Shown one piece after another: positions 35,501-38,731 of a DNA stretch of 38,731 bases (the first letter of the stretch is position 1; each line of letters begins with the position of its first letter). The DNA comes from Octopus bimaculoides. Taxonomy: Eukaryota. The position numbers and the translations under genes are program-made. The stretch is taken from NCBI RefSeq assembly GCF_001194135.2, contig NC_069007.1:3999651-4038381 (forward strand). The letters run 5' to 3'. The notes beneath the pieces are model-generated. The model had not been told where the DNA came from. It made no database searches and was given only the letters and a program-made list of their open reading frames with translations.

Positions 35501-37961
35501 TGTGTTTGTCTTCCAAGATGTTCCCAAACAGAATTCTTCTCCTGGTGAGTCCTTGCATTCTTTTACATTCTTACCACTTCTAGCTAGTGGGGAAGAACAG
35601 TAGTAAGGCACTTCCATTTCTTTAAATAAGTCTTTTATTTCTGGAACATACTGCCCTTTTTTTTTGAGATTGTTATAGTTAAGCTCCTGGATGTTTCATT
35701 CATTTTCATGGTTGATAAGACTAAGTATGGTCAGCAAATAGCCACCCAGGTATTTGGTCACCCAACAACTTTAACATGAAATAAAGGGTGAACTTTTATA
35801 TGACTACATGGCCTGCTAGAAATAGCTGCCAAATCTCCCTTAATTTACACTCTACTGTCTTAGAAAAGAGAAGGACACATTAGCTAACTAAGTATTTAGA
35901 GACATTATATCTAAGAAAAAATTAGATGGGATGGTCGTTGCTGGAATCCCTTTGGTTATAAGTGTGGCAGATTAGGGTTGATTTAGGACTAGCCATCCTT
36001 TTATGGCTCTATGGTTCATATGACATACCTAGGATGACATTATCTCATCTGTCCTTCCTTCCTGGTGTTTAATTCTGGGTCAACCTTGAGTAAGCAAATG
36101 TGTGATCAAAGATGTTCCAAATATGACCAACACAATTTAATGTTTTTCAGACATTATCTTTAGATCTATGTTTAAACGTGTCCATTACTTTTTGTATTTT
36201 CCTTAGATGCTAGATAGGAATTTGGCTGTTATTTTTAGTAAATCGTGTGACCACACAGAGGCTGTGTCCTTGACATTCTGTAGACCAGGGGTTTTCAAAC
36301 TTTTTGACTTGCGGACCCCTTTATATTTCAGGCTTTACCTTATAAACGCTCATGAAATTTATACATAAATATTTGCTTAAAATAACATATATTTTTACAT
36401 TTATTTATTTAACAGTATTTAACAAATAAGTTTATTGTCAATTAAAAGATTTCGATTAAAAAACATATATAAAATCAAATTGCCCATAAAAAGTATTTGC
36501 TGTCCGCAGACCCCCTGTGGTCCGCGGACCACAGTTTGAAAACCCCTGCTGTAGACTACACCTGGAATATTTGTGGGAAATACAAGCAATTGTTTCATTT
36601 TGTTTTATTTTATTCCAGCCGGTATTGTTAATTTGTAACAGGTAAAACATTAAATTGCTTTTTTTCTCATTAGTTAAATCCATGTTAACGAGTGTACCTG
36701 ATGAACCTTCACAGTTCTCCCATCCTATAAGAAATGACAATATTTCCTATACTGTTTGGAATTTTGGTGAACTTAGAATCTTGGTTCGCTCCAGGTATCA
36801 CGCAGTGAAAAGCAAAAACAAACAGGTATGTGGTTTATTTAATTATATATTCATTTCAGTGTGATACTTACACTAATGTCAGTGTGCATACCCATCAGAG
36901 TGTAAGTATCCTGAGAGAAAAGCTGAACATTAGAAGCATCAGTTGTGGTGTGCAAGAGAGACGATTGCGCTGGTATGGACATGTGGTGAGAATGGATGAG
37001 GATAGCTGCGTGAAAAAGTGCCACACCCTAACAGTTGAGGGAACCTGTGGAAGAGGTAGGCCCAGGAAAACCTGGGCTGAGGTGGTGAGGCAAGACCTTC
37101 GAACATTGGGCCTCACCGAGGCGATGACTACTGACCGAGACCTTTGGAAATGTGCTGTGCGTGAGATCGTTGCCAGTGCCCCTGGACTGGCTCTTGTGCG
37201 GGTGGCACATAAAAGACACCATTTCGAGCATGGCCGTTGTCAGTATCGCCTGATTGGCCTTCGTGCAGGTGACACGTAAAAGCACCCACTACACTCTCTG
37301 AGTGGTTGGCGTTAGGAAGGGCATCCAGCTGTAGAAACTCTGCCAAATTAGATTGGAGCCTGGTGTTGCCATCCGGTTTCACCAGTCCTCAGTCAAATCG
37401 TCCAACCCATGCTAGCATGGAAAGCGGACGTTAAACGATGATGATGATGATGATGATTTCAGTGTGGCTGTATGGTTGAGAAGCACCATGTGGTTTTGGG
37501 TTTAGTCCCACTGTGTGGCACCTTGGGCAAATGTCTTCTATTATTGCCCTGGGTTGACCAAAGTCTTGTCAGTGGATTTGGTTGATGGAAACTGAAAGAA
37601 TTTTGTCATATATATAATATATATAAGTTTTATCTTAATAATTCTGATGTGCACTCTATACTATATTTTTACTCTTTGGTTTTTCTCTGAAAGTGGAATG
37701 GGATGGTCATGGATGGTACACTCTAATCATAGGTCTATTTAATTAAGCTCGACTTGGGCTAACGAACAACAAACACAAGTATTTACTTGGATGATATTTG
37801 TTTTCTCCTTTTTGTTTTTGTTTTTCAGAAGAAGACTTTTCTTCATCTTTTACCGAAGTTGGAATATCAAAGCAAGTGTGGTTATGAAGAGACAACCCAA
37901 GACGAACTGAGCAAAATGTGGATTTCTTCTCTTATTAGAAAAGAAATTCCAGTTTTGAAAG
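24724..37961 (+). CDS. ICE2: Little elongation complex subunit 2 (ICE2/NARG2), 3'-partial; join(24724..24737,25701..26057,26577..26706,27635..27754,28657..28788,30897..31031,31875..32034,33256..33929,34764..35544,36674..36825,37829..37961)
   Basis: Eleven phase-consistent exons. Blocks INWD..FFTEESFKE, VPYPRISWFTKSEQAFYV, DQNAEELAKKY..NWDISV, KVVYLNKP, YTVWNFGELRILVRS and LLPKLEYQSKCGYEETTQDELSKMWISSL match, in order, recalled vertebrate ICE2 blocks including the NARG2_C domain. Confidence 0.88.
25701..26057 (+). CDS. ICE2: ICE2 coding exon 2
   Basis: ttttccag acceptor, TG|gtaaat donor; ORF 25690..26061. Confidence 0.88.
26577..26706 (+). CDS. ICE2: ICE2 coding exon 3 (HVPYPRISWFTKSEQAFYV...)
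   Basis: ttttttccaag acceptor, GCT|gtaagt donor, phase 2/0. Confidence 0.9.
26830..27420. mobile_element. Two family A SINEs in opposite orientation (+ head ~26830-26990; - element ~27020-27420)
   Basis: Direct and reverse-complement matches to 4343-4930. Confidence 0.85.
27635..27754 (+). CDS. ICE2: ICE2 coding exon 4 (KMHQRVHLEQEEFMDYLK...RYMQ)
   Basis: poly-T cag acceptor, CAG|gtactt donor, 120 nt. Confidence 0.88.
28657..28788 (+). CDS. ICE2: ICE2 coding exon 5
   Basis: poly-T gtag acceptor, ATG|gtaagt donor, 132 nt. Confidence 0.88.
29944..30342 (-). mobile_element. Probable 3' end of an RTE-clade LINE ORF with three C2H2 zinc fingers, antisense in an ICE2 intron
   Basis: Open frame 30342 to 29944 with basic KRYLRK segment, three C-x2-C-x12-H-x3-H fingers with GLKSH/GLKRH motifs, then TAG; no TGEKP linkers; 3' end runs into a gap. 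Confidence 0.65.
30897..31031 (+). CDS. ICE2: ICE2 coding exon 6
   Basis: tttacttcag acceptor, CAG|gtgaga donor, 135 nt. Confidence 0.85.
31174..31486. mobile_element. hAT-like MITE remnant inside a family C SINE
   Basis: Starts caggggttcccaaac and ends ...aaggtttgag with the right TIR clipped; SINE A-box lies 5' and SINE body lies 3'. Confidence 0.6.
31875..32034 (+). CDS. ICE2: ICE2 coding exon 7 (VCSEDQNAEELAKKY...NWDISV)
   Basis: ctgtag acceptor, G|gtaaga donor, phase 0/1. Confidence 0.9.
32968..33188. mobile_element. piggyBac-type MITE
   Basis: Termini CCCTTTAG / CTAAAGGG flanked by TTAA on both sides. Confidence 0.85.
33256..33929 (+). CDS. ICE2: ICE2 coding exon 8 (KVVYLNKPF... followed by S/T/D-rich region)
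   Basis: ttttag acceptor, AAG|gtaaca donor, phase 1/0; ORF 33291..34007. Confidence 0.88.
34764..35544 (+). CDS. ICE2: ICE2 coding exon 9 (contains 8-aa tandem repeat)
   Basis: caacag acceptor in phase 0, G|gtgagt donor; ORF 34710..35603. Acceptor position less certain. Confidence 0.8.
34884..35408 (+). repeat. Coding 24-bp minisatellite, ~22 units of consensus ETPLQDSV
   Basis: Recurrent (g/a)ca-cca-ct(t/g)-caa-ga(c/t)-agt-gtg-gag pattern; period 8 aa with one 7-aa unit. Confidence 0.95.
36286..36548. mobile_element. hAT-superfamily MITE
   Basis: TIRs CAGGGGTTTTCAAACT / AGTTTGAAAACCCCTG and a perfect 8-bp TSD CTGTAGAC (36278-36285, 36549-36556). Confidence 0.93.
36674..36825 (+). CDS. ICE2: ICE2 coding exon 10 (start of NARG2_C region)
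   Basis: ctcattag acceptor, CAG|gtatgt donor, phase 1/0. Confidence 0.9.
36864..37455 (+). mobile_element. 5'-truncated RTE-type LINE with (GAT)n tail
   Basis: Encodes RRLRWYGHVVRM...GRGRPRKTW (RTE ORF C-terminal region), then 3' UTR and (GAT)n; flanked by 11-bp direct repeat ATTTCAGTGTG (36853-36863, 37456-37466). Confidence 0.9.
37829..37961 (+). CDS. ICE2: ICE2 coding exon 11 (LLPKLEYQ...MWISSL)
   Basis: ttttcag acceptor, G|gtttgt donor, phase 0/1; no stop yet, so the gene continues past the window. Confidence 0.9.
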
Positions 37962-38237
37962 GTTTGTTCTCGTCCCTTGTCATTCCAACCCCTCCCCCCA
38001 TCATTGCTTGTTATCTTTAAGGGCCTCTTTCCTCATCCCTCATCTTTCCATGTCTTGTTTGTCCGTGAGCTTGGCTTGTGTCTTCATCATCATCCACCCA
38101 TCTTTCATTCGTATTATACATAGGAGAAAGAGCTGGCAGTTAGCTCCTGGCGGAGCAGAAATGTACATCCTTTATCTTTAATCCTTTGCAGATGGGAAGT
38201 GGTACTGGCCACATTGAAACACAGCCACACCTATATA

Positions 38238-38270
<33 letters not shown>

Positions 38271-38479
38271 TAGAAAAAATAATAATCAGGTACTCAGGTG
38301 TCTTGAATGGTTGTATATTTACAGATTTTTATTCATATGTCACATGTTTTATAAATTTATAAAATTCATAATTTATAAAACATGTGACATATGAATAAAA
38401 ATCTGTAAATATACAACCATCCAGACATCTGATTATTATTTTTCCTAATATATAATTCCTGTACATCACCTCCAAACCT

Positions 38480-38510
<31 letters not shown>

Positions 38511-38731
38511 ACCACGTGTGTATTGTTGGCGATTTTCTTCCTCCGTCTTCCCTTCTTTTGAACGTTCCTCTATTTCTGAAGAAGAGCTTTGCTCGAAACA
38601 TAAAATCCTCTTTCTTTCCTTTCCTAAGCGTCTGACAATACAGTACTCGTACCATGTCCTTGTGTTGTTTTTTCTTGTTTGTTCTTCTTTTTTGAGATTC
38701 ACTCATCATCATCATCATCATCATCATCTAT

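Noticed and set aside
35470-35520. OTU protease catalytic motif (PTESDGNVF resembles DGNC)
   Set aside because: No catalytic Cys, and it lies in the disordered region of ICE2.

Overview
AT-rich, repeat-dense eukaryotic genomic DNA from a draft assembly with six N-gaps. The repeat families, (TA)n/(GAT)n microsatellites and AT3-rich codons point to an octopus or other coleoid cephalopod (inference). Three spliced genes could be rebuilt by hand from GT-AG sites with consistent exon phases. (1) An unidentified minus-strand gene, exons 5830 to 240, running off the left edge. (2) A plus-strand class I SAM-dependent (Methyltransf_11-like) methyltransferase, CDS 12958-21255, with the start of one exon lost in a gap. 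(3) ICE2/NARG2 (little elongation complex subunit 2), CDS from 24724, running off the right edge. The rest is tRNA-derived SINEs, RTE-type LINE 3' fragments, hAT/piggyBac/other TIR MITEs and Penelope-like remnants. No prokaryotic system or CRISPR array is present. Most notable: several minimal hammerhead-ribozyme-like motifs, all with core substitutions or truncation; a ~22-unit 8-aa acidic repeat inside ICE2; an intact three-C2H2-finger LINE tail nested antisense in an ICE2 intron; and several local fold-back or inverted-triplication structures. Repeat boundaries are approximate unless a TIR or TSD is quoted. Homology calls are from recall, not database searches.
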